From Octopus sinensis (lineage: Eukaryota), in NCBI RefSeq assembly GCF_006345805.1, contig NC_042998.1:141856001-141920000 (forward strand): 64,000 bases of DNA. Reading direction: 5' to 3'. Below are positions 13,501 to 23,350 of the stretch, in pieces. Both the position numbers and the translations under genes were made by a program. The notes below the pieces were generated by a model. The model saw only the letters and a program-made list of their open reading frames with translations, did no database searches and was not told where the DNA came from. Numbering within the stretch: position 1 is the stretch's first letter; the number at the start of each line of letters is the position of its first letter.

Positions 13501-14590
13501 ACAATGTCGCTAGAAATGCTAGTTTTTTTCTAATCATCGATGAGTATTCTACTCAGTATCACATCAACAATATAACAAATACTGCATCCAAAGGGTTAAC
13601 ATTCTTCGTCAGGGCAATAAAATACTTTTCCACAATTGAGGACCCACAACAAAGATTAAAAAAGTGAAGGCACTTGCTCTAATAGAGCAACACACTTTAT
13701 TTCACGTTGCCCCAGTTCCCTCCGCTGTAAATGCGTAACCCTGCGACGGACTGGGCTCCTGCTCAAGGGGAATGTTGTGGTCTCGGTCAATTATATGCCA
13801 TAGAAACCAGGTAACCAGCCTTACGACTTGAGATAGTAATGTCCAGGAGTTGATGACGACGATGATGATGATGATTAAATAATGTTTCGATATTTGTCTT
13901 GTAGTCACCAAGTTGCAGTTACTCAAAATGAGCATCAAAAATCTCGACTTCATCTGAAGGTCTATGGATGTCCTGAGCACAGTGACTACCTCTGGCCTAA
14001 TCTCCGCCCCCCCCCGCCCCAAATTACCTCAGTTCGCAAGTTTCTCCGAAGGACATAAATGGATATGGAGTTGATCTATTCAGGATATTCCTTGCCGAAA
14101 TACTTCTCTAAGAAATGGACCCCGGTACTACGCACGTTGGCCAACTGTCTCAATCGCAATCTGCGGGTAGGTTATAAACCTGAGACCAAATTTTTATTAA
14201 ATCTGTGACCAAGACATTTTGCGACGACGTCACCTTCTTCTTTTTATAGACTAAAGTGTTAACCAATGTCTTTCTGCATTTTTTTCTATATTTTATAGAG
14301 TTATTTTTTTAGGTTTTTAGTTTTATTTTAATATATCATTTTATTATAAATAAACTCGGGACGTCGAGCTGGCAAAATCGTTTCCGCACCGAGCAAAATG
14401 TCTTGCAGTATTTCATCAGGCTTTACGTTCTGAGTTTAAAAGCAACTGAAGTCGGCTCGAACTTTCATCCTTTCGGAGTCGATAAAATAAGTATCAGTCG
14501 AGCACTGGACTCGATGTAATCGACTAGCACCCTCCACCTCCATCCCAGCAAAAAGTCCCAAACCTTGTGCTTATATCAGAAATTATTATT
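10580..14590. mobile_element. Cluster of old SINE family A copies
   Basis: Diverged copies at about 10580-10785(-), 11290-11480, 11520-11745, 12810-13020, 13035-13200, 14360-14590 (+). Confidence 0.75.
11816..12190. mobile_element. MITE-like element with GC-rich imperfect inverted ends
   Basis: GGCACAGCC..TTTGGCAC..CTGTTTCAGCGCTGA versus GTGCCAAA..TCAGCGTCGAAACAGCTGTGCC around an AT-rich core. Confidence 0.4.
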
Positions 14591-15315
14591 AAATACATTT
14601 TAGAAGAATTCAAATATGTTTGGGACATATTTAACTTATAAAAAGGCCACTTTTACTGCAGGTTGCGGAGGAGAACAAATTCTCACTTTAGTTACTCCGT
14701 GGCAAAACGCTGTGAAACTGCTTTTATACAAGTCAAATATATCCCAAATATATCTGAATTGATCTAAGGTTTGTATGTTTTATACCACTGATCCACGGTC
14801 ACCATATTTTTTCAATGTATTTTTACTTTGTTTATTTTTTGTGCGTTTATTCTTTCACTGGTTTTAGACATTGGACTGCAATAACGTATTGAAAACATTC
14901 TAAGGGTTTAAGCGGTCATGTCGACTGCAATACTCACGGGTCGATCAATGCTTTGTGAGTGAAATTGATCAATGGAAACTGTATGAAAGCTCTTAATATA
15001 TATATATAATGTGTGTGTATGTGCGTGCGCGCCTCATATGTGCGTATCTTTATGTTCCCCACCCCGCTTGACAAGTGAAACTGGTTTGTTAACGTCCTCG
15101 TGTCTTCGCGGAGTTCGGCGGTCGATTTGAAAGACCTTCAGCGCGATGATCAAGCATGGCCGCAGTCCAATAAGTGAAAGAGGATAAACTAAAGTATGAT
15201 CTTAATCTGTCCAAATACATGATCAGATCCTCCTCCTTCACTTCCTTCTCCCCCTCCTCCCCCACTCCTCCTCCTCCTCCTCTTCATCTTCCCCTCCTCC
15301 TCCATCTTTCTCTCC

Positions 15316-15357
<42 letters not shown>

Positions 15358-15552
15358 CGAATCCTAATTTTAAAATCCGGTCTAATTATCCATCTTCCTC
15401 TTGTAGATGAGCCAATCACCAGTAATATACTAGATAGATTTCTTCAATCGCAACTTCCGCCAATAAACATTATTAGTTTTGTTTCCTTATCAAAAGAAAC
15501 CGTTATTATCGTAACCACCGTCACTACATCCGTCGTCTCCATCGTCGTTGGC

Positions 15553-16804
15553 ACGGTGGTGGTAGTAGTGATAGTGGTGGTAGTGGTAGCGTTGGTGATG
15601 ATGGTGGTGGTGGTGGTAACGTTGGTAATGGTGGTGGTGACGTTGGTAGTGGCGGCTTTGGTGGTGACGATAGTGGTACTGTTACTGTTCTTGTTGATGA
15701 TATTGGTGTGGGTGATGTTGATGTTACTGGTGGTGGTATTGGTACTGGTATTATTGATGATAGTGGTGTTAGTGGCAGTGGTGGTGTGGTGGTGCTGGTG
15801 GTTGTGGTAAAGGTGCTGATGGTAATGGTATTGGTGGTGGTACTGGTGCTGGTGTTGTTGGTTGTGGTATTGCTGTATGTGTTGGTGTTAGCGTTGGTCG
15901 TGTTGGTAGTGGTGTTCTCTTACTGTTGGGGTTATGTTAGTGTTGTTGGTATTGTTGGTCGTGGTGGTGGTATTGGTGAAATTTTTACTGGTGCCACTGA
16001 TTGTGGTGGTGATGGTTGCCGACGTCTTCGCAGCAGCAGCAGCAGCCACCGCGGAAGTCGCCTCAGCAGCCGCAGCAGCAATCGCAGCAGCAACAGTAGC
16101 AGCAGCAGCAACAACAACAACAACAGCAACAAGTAATGAATCGGGAGATTCCTGATTAAGAAGAATCCGTTATCTTTCTAAAACCAGGAACATTTCTAAA
16201 AATTGAATAATTTCAGACAATTTCTTTCTCTACATTGTTTTGTTGCCAAACAACAACAGTCTCCTGTTGTATACTCAACCGATTCATTCAAGAAGAAAAT
16301 AAATAAAATAAATAAATAAATAAATAAATATATATATAAAGCAAAAACAAACAAACAAACAAAAAAAGATCTATTTCATTTGTCTTTCAAACTCAACCAA
16401 TCCATCATCACCTAAGCAACCACTCCTTTGTAATACTCAGCATGGATGGAAATCTATGGAAATCTTCTGGTTTTTCTTTTTTGTACCTCCAAAGTTAGTT
16501 ACTACTGATGCTGGTACTTTTCTCAGCAGTTTTTAGCTGATCTTGCATGTGTGCATGTATGTGTGCATTATGATGATGATGATGATGATGATGACGACAA
16601 AGACGACGGTGGGGATGATGAAGGGGAGGAAGATGTTATTGTTGTTGTTGATGTTGCTGCTGCTGCTGCTGCTGCTGAAGTCGATGATGATGATGATGAT
16701 GATGATGAAGGTGATGATGATGACTGATTAGCATGACGACAACGACGACGATGACAACGATGATGATTGATGACAATGACGATGATGGTGAATATGATGA
16801 CAAC

Positions 16805-16840
<36 letters not shown>

Positions 16841-17000
16841 GATGATGATAAAGAAGATGTTGATGACGACAACGACGATGATGATTGATGAAGATGAAAA
16901 TGATGAGGATGAGAATGATGATGATGATAATGAAGCGAGGATGATCCCCCTCCCTTCCCCTCCGCCTCCTCCTCCTCATCATCATCATCATCAACATCCT
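15553..17000. repeat. Compound trinucleotide microsatellite field (GGT, CAG/CAA, GAT, CAT)
   Basis: Long degenerate (GGT)n, (CAG)n, (GAT)n, (CAT)n tracts; explains the poly-V/M/S/H ORFs. Confidence 0.95.
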
Positions 17001-17217
17001 CATCATAGTCACTGTCATCGATATTATCATAGTAATGATGTTTTATCAGGATAAACCTACATTTCAGTATATGCGGTAAAAACCACAGTTTAAATCTTCT
17101 AGCACAGACCACCTCAGGTATTCAGAGGTACATTTCGTGCGATTACAAGAAGAAAGGTAAATATTAAATTTAACTTCCTCGTATTTGTGATGGCTTTTTC
17201 ATCTAATATATATTTTA

Positions 17218-18180
17218 CTAGCTTTTAAACAACTAATCCCGAATGGGAAGATCTGCAAACAGATCTGACTTGTTTTGGAGAATTTGCTGCAATTGCTTCC
17301 TCCAGAGTCATATCCCAATAATGATCATATTCCTCGCAAAAAAATCACGTAATAAAACTGCCGAAAACAATCGCAGTAATGTAAACATAGGAATCCAAAA
17401 TTTCAGGATTGTAGGTCCGGATTCGGCCTGGAATGTTTTTAATTTACTCACGGAGTTAGCCTTTAGATTACAAAAATTGATATTTGTACAAAAGAAATTG
17501 TCGCAAAAAGTCGCGTAGAAAAATCGCCGAAAACAATTACAGTAATGAAAACTTGGGAATCTCAAATTTCAGGATTGTGGGCGCGGATTCGGCGCGGAAT
17601 GCTTTTAATTTACTCACGGAGTCAGCTTGATTCCATAATAGTATGATATGCTGGGCTACGTTCAAAGTAAAGTTCAAAAAGTGTGACACACTGACACACT
17701 GACATTTACATTTACATTTATTATATTATATTATTATATTATAACAAGGCGGCGAGCTGGCAGAAACGTTAGCACGCCGGGCGAAATGCGTAGCCGTATT
17801 TCGTCTGCCGTTACGTTCTGAGTTCAAATTCCGCCGAGGTCGACTTTGCCTTTCGGGGTCGATTAAATAAGTACCAGTTACGCACTGGGGTCGATATAAT
17901 CAACTTAATCCGTTTGTCTGTCCTTGTTTGTCCTCTCTGTGTTTAGCCCCTTGTGGGTAGTAAAGAAATAGGTATTTCGTCTGATGTTTGGTTTTTGAGT
18001 TCAAATTCCACCGAGGTCGACTTTCATCCTTTCAGGGCCGATAAAATTAATATCAGTTATGTACTGGGGTCGATGTAATCGACTTAATCCCTCCCCTCAA
18101 ATTTGAGGCCTCGTGCTTCCAGTAGAAAGGATTTAATAAAGTTAAAACAGTGTGACACATTCACATTTATTATACTAGAT
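17218..18180 (-). mobile_element. Non-autonomous Helitron-like element interrupted by SINEs
   Basis: ACTAG + TCCCGAATGGGA hairpin at left (3' end on minus), internal duplication of about 170 bp, right end GTGTGACAC..CATTTATTATACTAGA|T (5' TC on minus). Confidence 0.5.
17748..18133 (+). mobile_element. SINE family A with Tx1-like tail followed by a head-less older body
   Basis: Head at 17748, tail GCCCCTTGTGGGTAGTAAAGAAATA ends 17970, sequence restarts at internal GGTATTTCGTC. Confidence 0.85.
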
Positions 18181-18222
18181 ATGTTTAATTTTGGGGAAAC
18201 TTTATTTCAATTGAAGTGTATT

Positions 18223-18285
<63 letters not shown>

Positions 18286-18287
<2 letters not shown>

Positions 18288-18647
18288 TAGCTGAAGGTGA
18301 CCCGCTCTACGCGCGGGTAAGAGTGTGGTTGTTACTTTCTGTTGCTTCCTTTCAGCACGTAAAAAGCACTATCCGAACGTGGCCGATTGCAGCGCCGCCT
18401 TGACTGGCTTCTGTGTCGGTGGCACGTAAAAAGCACCAACCGATCGTGGCCATTGCCAGCCCCCCTGGCACCTGTGCCGGCGGCACGAAAAAAGCACCCA
18501 CTACGCTCACAGAGTGGTTGGCGTTAGGAAGAGCATCCACCTGTAGAAACACTGCCAGATCAGACTGGAGCCTGGTGCAGCCTCCTGTCTTCCCAGGCCC
18601 CGGTCAAACTGTCCAATCCGTGCTAGCACGGAAAACGGACGTTAAAC

Positions 18648-18681
<34 letters not shown>

Positions 18682-19490
18682 CTCCCTCTATGTTTCTCTC
18701 TCCTTTCTCTCTCACTTTTCCCACTCTCTTACTCTTCCTTTCTCTCGGACTCTACCTCACTTTCTCTTACTCTCTATCTTTATCTCTCTCTCTCCCATTT
18801 ATAAAGAACAAAAGATCTTGAGTAAGTTGAGAAATAAAATATTTAGAAAGATCAATCATAAATATCAGGCAGTAACAACGGAAAGGTCTGCTTCACGGCA
18901 GACAGCAAAACACTAACATTTAAAAGGGACAGACGAACTTGCGAGCTGAATAAAAATAATAAAATATTGGAAACCAAAGTTTGAAGGGATAGAATCTGAG
19001 GATAGTAGAGTCACCATGGCTGGCATTTCTTAACGACGGACAGCAACGTATTGACAGTTTAACGGCTGGCGTAAAATTTTGAACTTGATGTAAAAGAAAA
19101 TCCCTAAACACCAAGTTTTGAAGTGATTCTTTCTCACGACAGTAGACTCACCATGGCAAGCATTGAAAACTTCTTCATCATGGACGGCAACACATTGACG
19201 ATTAAAAGGTTGGCGCAAATTTTTTAGCTTGATGTAACAGAGAATTCCTAAACACCCGCTCCTTTAAATTTTAATCCCCTTCCAGCCCCATTTAGACCCC
19301 TTTTCACATTTTGGTTAATATATCCCGATTTCATTTGGGTCTACTGGGGCCACATTTTATAAGATGAGGAATTTTGTCCTAGAGGTGACGCCTTTCATTT
19401 GAGGAAAAAAAATAGTTGTCATGCAAACTTGCCAGCACTTTTAACATAGGTCTGCATATTTTCAGCTCAACCGAACACATAATGTACACA
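18286..19490 (-). mobile_element. Helitron-like element (3' terminus at left) with internal duplication of about 137 bp and a SINE-tail insertion
   Basis: ACTAG-CTGAAGGTG-ACCCGCtctacgcGCGGGT hairpin; duplicated AGTAGA.TCACCATGGC..TTGATGTAA..CCTAAACACC; right boundary uncertain. Confidence 0.5.
18350..18680 (+). mobile_element. SINE 3' portion ending in (GAT)n
   Basis: GGTTGGCGTTAGGAAGAGCATCCACCTGTAGAAAC ... CGGACGTTAAACGATGATGAT; internal GCACGTAAAAAGCAC repeats. Confidence 0.75.
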
Positions 19491-19503
19491 TTATATATAT
19501 ATG

Positions 19504-19549
<46 letters not shown>

Positions 19550-19853
19550 GTGTGTGTGTGTGTGTGTTGGAGTGTCTGTCATACGTGAGCGTTGACGCTG
19601 AATTCGACTGGTAAGCAGGTAACCTTGTCTTTGTTGAAATAGTTGTGAGCTACTGGAGTTATTTCTCTGACGGGTAATAGGAATTTCCATATCCTCCGAG
19701 GAAACGAACTGTTGACCCAGACAATTTGAATTAATTTTAATAAAAGCATCAATTTAAGAAAAAATAATAAAGTAGTAAAAAATGAAAATTTAGCACGAAA
19801 AATTTGCAGGGTTCTAAATAAATGTTAAAATGTTATAGATACGAAAAACCTAC

Positions 19854-19985
19854 GTTATCACCAGGATGTGTTCTGTTTGTATTTGCTCCATCGGCGCGTT
19901 GACAGGCAGACAATAGAATGCGATGGCGAGATTCATAATATTTGTTGTCATAATTGTGTGTTGGTGGTGGCGATGATAATTCTCT
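19854..19985 (-). CDS. Candidate isolated host exon (132 nt, phase 0-0)
   Basis: Pyrimidine-rich tract + TCATAG acceptor, open frame RELSSPPPTHNYDNKYYESRHRILLSACQRADGANTNRTHPGDN, GTAGGT donor; no recognisable domain. Confidence 0.3.
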
Positions 19986-20305
19986 CTATGAATGCAGACA
20001 GATACATAAAAGAACGCGGTTTGACGAAGTGAAAGTGATGGTAAGGTAGAAAATGAGTGAAAAAGTACTGGGAAGAGAGGAAATAGCGAGAGTGAGTTGA
20101 GGAAGACAGATACATTAAAGAACATGAGTGGACTTGTCAAAGTGGGTTTTTGGCCCTAGCAACGACACCTTTTAAGATAGGGATTTCTAAGGTAGCCCAC
20201 AGGCATCGTCACCTCATTTTACATGTCCCTGTAAATTTTGGAGTCAATCCGACGGAATGTAGTGGCCTTGAAAGCGATCCAAGCGGTCCAAACGCATTGC
20301 AGTTT

Positions 20306-20352
<47 letters not shown>

Positions 20353-20521
20353 ATATAAGGGATATTAGCCAACCGAATATGGCTAGGGACAGGGCAGGGT
20401 GGTGGGGGTGTCACTGTTGCATTTAGCCCCAGGCGAACATCAACGTCACCAGATAGGCCTGACGCCATCACGGCGTCCTCTATCTTGCAAAGGGAGATCA
20501 TTCACCAAGAAGCGGATACCA

Positions 20522-20567
20522 CACACGGACCTAGGTTTCAAGGTGTATTGCCTATTATCAACGTGTG
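20522..20567 (-). ncRNA. Minimal type I hammerhead ribozyme, U3-A8 core variant
   Basis: CACACG-UUGAUAA-U-AGG..CCU-U-GAAA-CCUAGG-UC-CGUGUG. Confidence 0.65.
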
Positions 20568-20703
20568 GTAGGCATCGCTTCTCGATGAACGACCAACTGT
20601 GCAAGATATATATAAGGATTTTCAAGTAAATACATTTACTGATTTCGAAAATCAGGGAAAAAATCAGATTTAGGATTAAATCCAATTTTATAGTAAAATA
20701 TTA

Positions 20704-20888
20704 TATAATATTAATTCGAGACAAAACCACTATTTTGCAAAACAAACAAGGAAAGACTTAATCAATACATACAAATTTTTAATATAAAGAAATAAACCGC
20801 CACTACAATCGTTTCATGTCTTCAATGACATTCGTCAGGTGGATTTTCGATCTCCTAATCTGTTTTAAAATAGTGGTTTTGTCTCGAA

Positions 20889-20900
<12 letters not shown>
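20704..20900. mobile_element. Foldback PLE pseudo-LTR-like element containing an HHR
   Basis: Inverted arms of about 40 bp (ATAATATTAATTCGAGACAAAACCACTATTTT / AAAATAGTGGTTTTGTCTCGAATTAATATTAT) next to (TA)n. Confidence 0.7.
20800..20842 (-). ncRNA. Minimal type I hammerhead ribozyme (canonical core)
   Basis: CCAC-CUGACGA-AUGUCauugaaGACAU-GAAA-CGAUUG-UA-GUGG; GUA cleavage site. Confidence 0.85.
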
Positions 20901-20935
<35 letters not shown>

Positions 20936-21095
20936 CGTATATTTGCCATTTGAATATGGCTAACCCCTAAGGGTGGATGCTACTGTAGTTTGTAGCCCCA
21001 GGAAGACACCTCCTCCAGCTGGCTATAGACAGACTTTCTGTGCCCTATCAGTATTTGTGAAGGGAAGTCATCCTTCCCGTCTTCAACTTATGATA

Positions 21096-21140
21096 CACAC
21101 GGACTCGAGTTTCAAGGTATTGACCTATCATCGGCGTGTG
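21096..21140 (-). ncRNA. Minimal type I hammerhead ribozyme (C4 variant)
   Basis: Reverse complement of the 21614-21658 motif. Confidence 0.7.
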
Positions 21141-21613
21141 ACAATCATAGTTGTCGACGAGAAGTCAGTTTCCCTCACAAATACATATACTTTTTCCAGT
21201 ATCGATTGACACTGATATTGAAAAAGTGAAATCAAACAAGGATAAATCTCAGAGCGAGTTATAAACAGTAGCGGCAACACATCGTGACGTATATTTGCCA
21301 TTTGAATATGGCTAACCCCTAAGGGTGGATGCTACTGTAGTTCACAAATACTGATTGGGCACAGAAAGTGTGTCTATAGCCAGCTGGAGGAGGTGTCTTC
21401 CTGCGGCTACAAACTACAGTAGCATCCACACTTAGGGGTTAGCCATATTCAAATAGCAAATATACGTCACGATGTGTTGCCGCTACTGTTTATAACTCGC
21501 TCTGAGATTTATCCTTGTTTGATTTCACTTTTTCAATATCAGTGTCAATCGATACTTGAAAGAGTATATGTATTTGTGAGGGAAACTGACTTCTCGTCGA
21601 CAACTATGATTGT

Positions 21614-21658
21614 CACACGCCGATGATAGGTCAATACCTTGAAACTCGAGTCCGTGTG
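21614..21658 (+). ncRNA. Minimal type I hammerhead ribozyme (C4 variant)
   Basis: CACACG-CCGAUGA-U-AGGUcaauACCU-U-GAAA-CUCGAG-UC-CGUGUG; palindromic stem III, GUC site. Confidence 0.7.
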
Positions 21659-21949
21659 TATCATAAGTTGAAGACGGGAAGGATGACTTCCCTTCACAAA
21701 TACTGATAGGTCACAGAAAGTGTGTCTATAGCCAGCTGGAGGAGGTGTCTTCCTGGGGCTACAAACTACAGTAGCATCCTCCCTTGGGGTTAGCCATATT
21801 CAAATGGCAAATATACGTCACGATGTGTTGCCGCTACTGTTTATAACTCGCTCTGAGATTGTTTATGTATATATATTGAAGAAAGCAAAAATTATAGCAT
21901 ACAGTACGTTGGTGACAGAAATTTCTATCAAAGAGACATGGTTAAACAA

Positions 21950-22260
21950 AGTTGTACAAAATCTCTCTCTTTCTCTCACATACCCAGTCTTACTCTCTCT
22001 CTCTTATCATTACTCCCACTGTCACCATCAACACTACTACTTTTAATAAAACATCATCAACTCTCTCTAAATTTCTTTGTCTCTCTTTCTCTCCCTCTGT
22101 TTTTCTTTCTTTCTGTCTGTCTTCGTCCTCACCGTCTCTATGCCTACTATTACTCTCACCTCATCATGAGGAATAGTAGGAGTGTCACTGAATAGTGAGA
22201 GAGGGGTCTAAGTGTGATACACTGACACAGAAATTGGTTTTCGCATTTATTATATTAGAT
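21950..22260 (-). mobile_element. Non-autonomous Helitron-like 5' portion
   Basis: GGTCTAAGTGTGATACACTGACACAGAAATTGGTTTTCGCATTTATTATATTAGA|T, shared with 52715-52829. Confidence 0.5.
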
Positions 22261-22484
22261 GTATGCGTATATTTATGTACTTATGTATGAATGTATATGT
22301 ATGTATGCATGTGCGTTTGTGCGTATGCATGTATAAATACGCGCGCATAGAAGATATATTCATGTATAATTGTATTTCTGTACACATGCATATTTATATG
22401 CGTGTATGTGTAAGTATATAATCATCCAGTAAGTTTTCTTCCGTTCACCCTTGTCCGATGATTGTTAAGTTACGTTTTCACATG

Positions 22485-22535
<51 letters not shown>

Positions 22536-23292
22536 AATAATTTATTACTTTTATACATACATGCATACATACATATATACATACATAATACATACATACA
22601 TACATACATACATACAAACATGTATGTATGTATACACACATACATGTATGTATGTATGTATGTATGTATGTATGTATGTATGTATGTATGTATGTATGTA
22701 TGCATGTATGTATGTATGTATGTATGTATGTATGGATGTATGTATGTATGCATGTATGTATAAAAGTAATAAATTATTCGTAGAACATTAGTAGCCGATC
22801 TCTTAACAGCACTGAAATCTTTAAAAAGATTTAGATTAAAAATATCGAATTTCAATGAAGAATAACAAGCTTCTCGATTTCAACCAAGACTGCTTCGTAT
22901 GTGGAAGAAACAAGCGATCACAAGGTAACTTCTATACTTCTTTGATGATAACCATAAACCATTGAAAACGTATCAGCTGATGATGACAGCTTAACAAGAG
23001 ATAACCGGCAACATTGCGTTAAACTATCCAGAAATAGCAGTGACCGAAGAAAATATCTAAAGTGAATAATAGTAAATAATGTTTTTGGTTGGATAACAAC
23101 CAAATCATATCGCTGTAGAGTGAATGCGTTCAAGTTCAGCAATATTTAGTAAGGACATTCCATGAAACCCGACTGGGTTCAATTCCTCTCGTTATGCGTA
23201 TATCTATTAATAAAAACATTACAGTGTAGGTGCATGCATGGCTGTATGGTTCAGTAGCTTGCTTGGCAGTTACGCAGTTTTGGTAACGATGG

Positions 23293-23350
<58 letters not shown>

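Larger units (their letters stand above)
20932..21860. mobile_element. 352-bp retrozyme/PLE-pLTR unit in partial tandem + inverted partial tandem
   Basis: Unit starts 20932 and 21284; inverts at 21341-21342; inverted copies to 21860; near-identical; abuts (TA)n. Confidence 0.85.

Noticed and set aside
13230-13700. Penelope RT remnant (NFLDT..TKPT); similar hints at 53600-54040 and 57560-57830, and an R4-like DDVAKTIW at 55165
   Set aside because: Too short and degraded to call without a profile search
23140-23190. GAAA-CCCgacuGGG-UUC stem III-like motif
   Set aside because: No recognisable core or stem I
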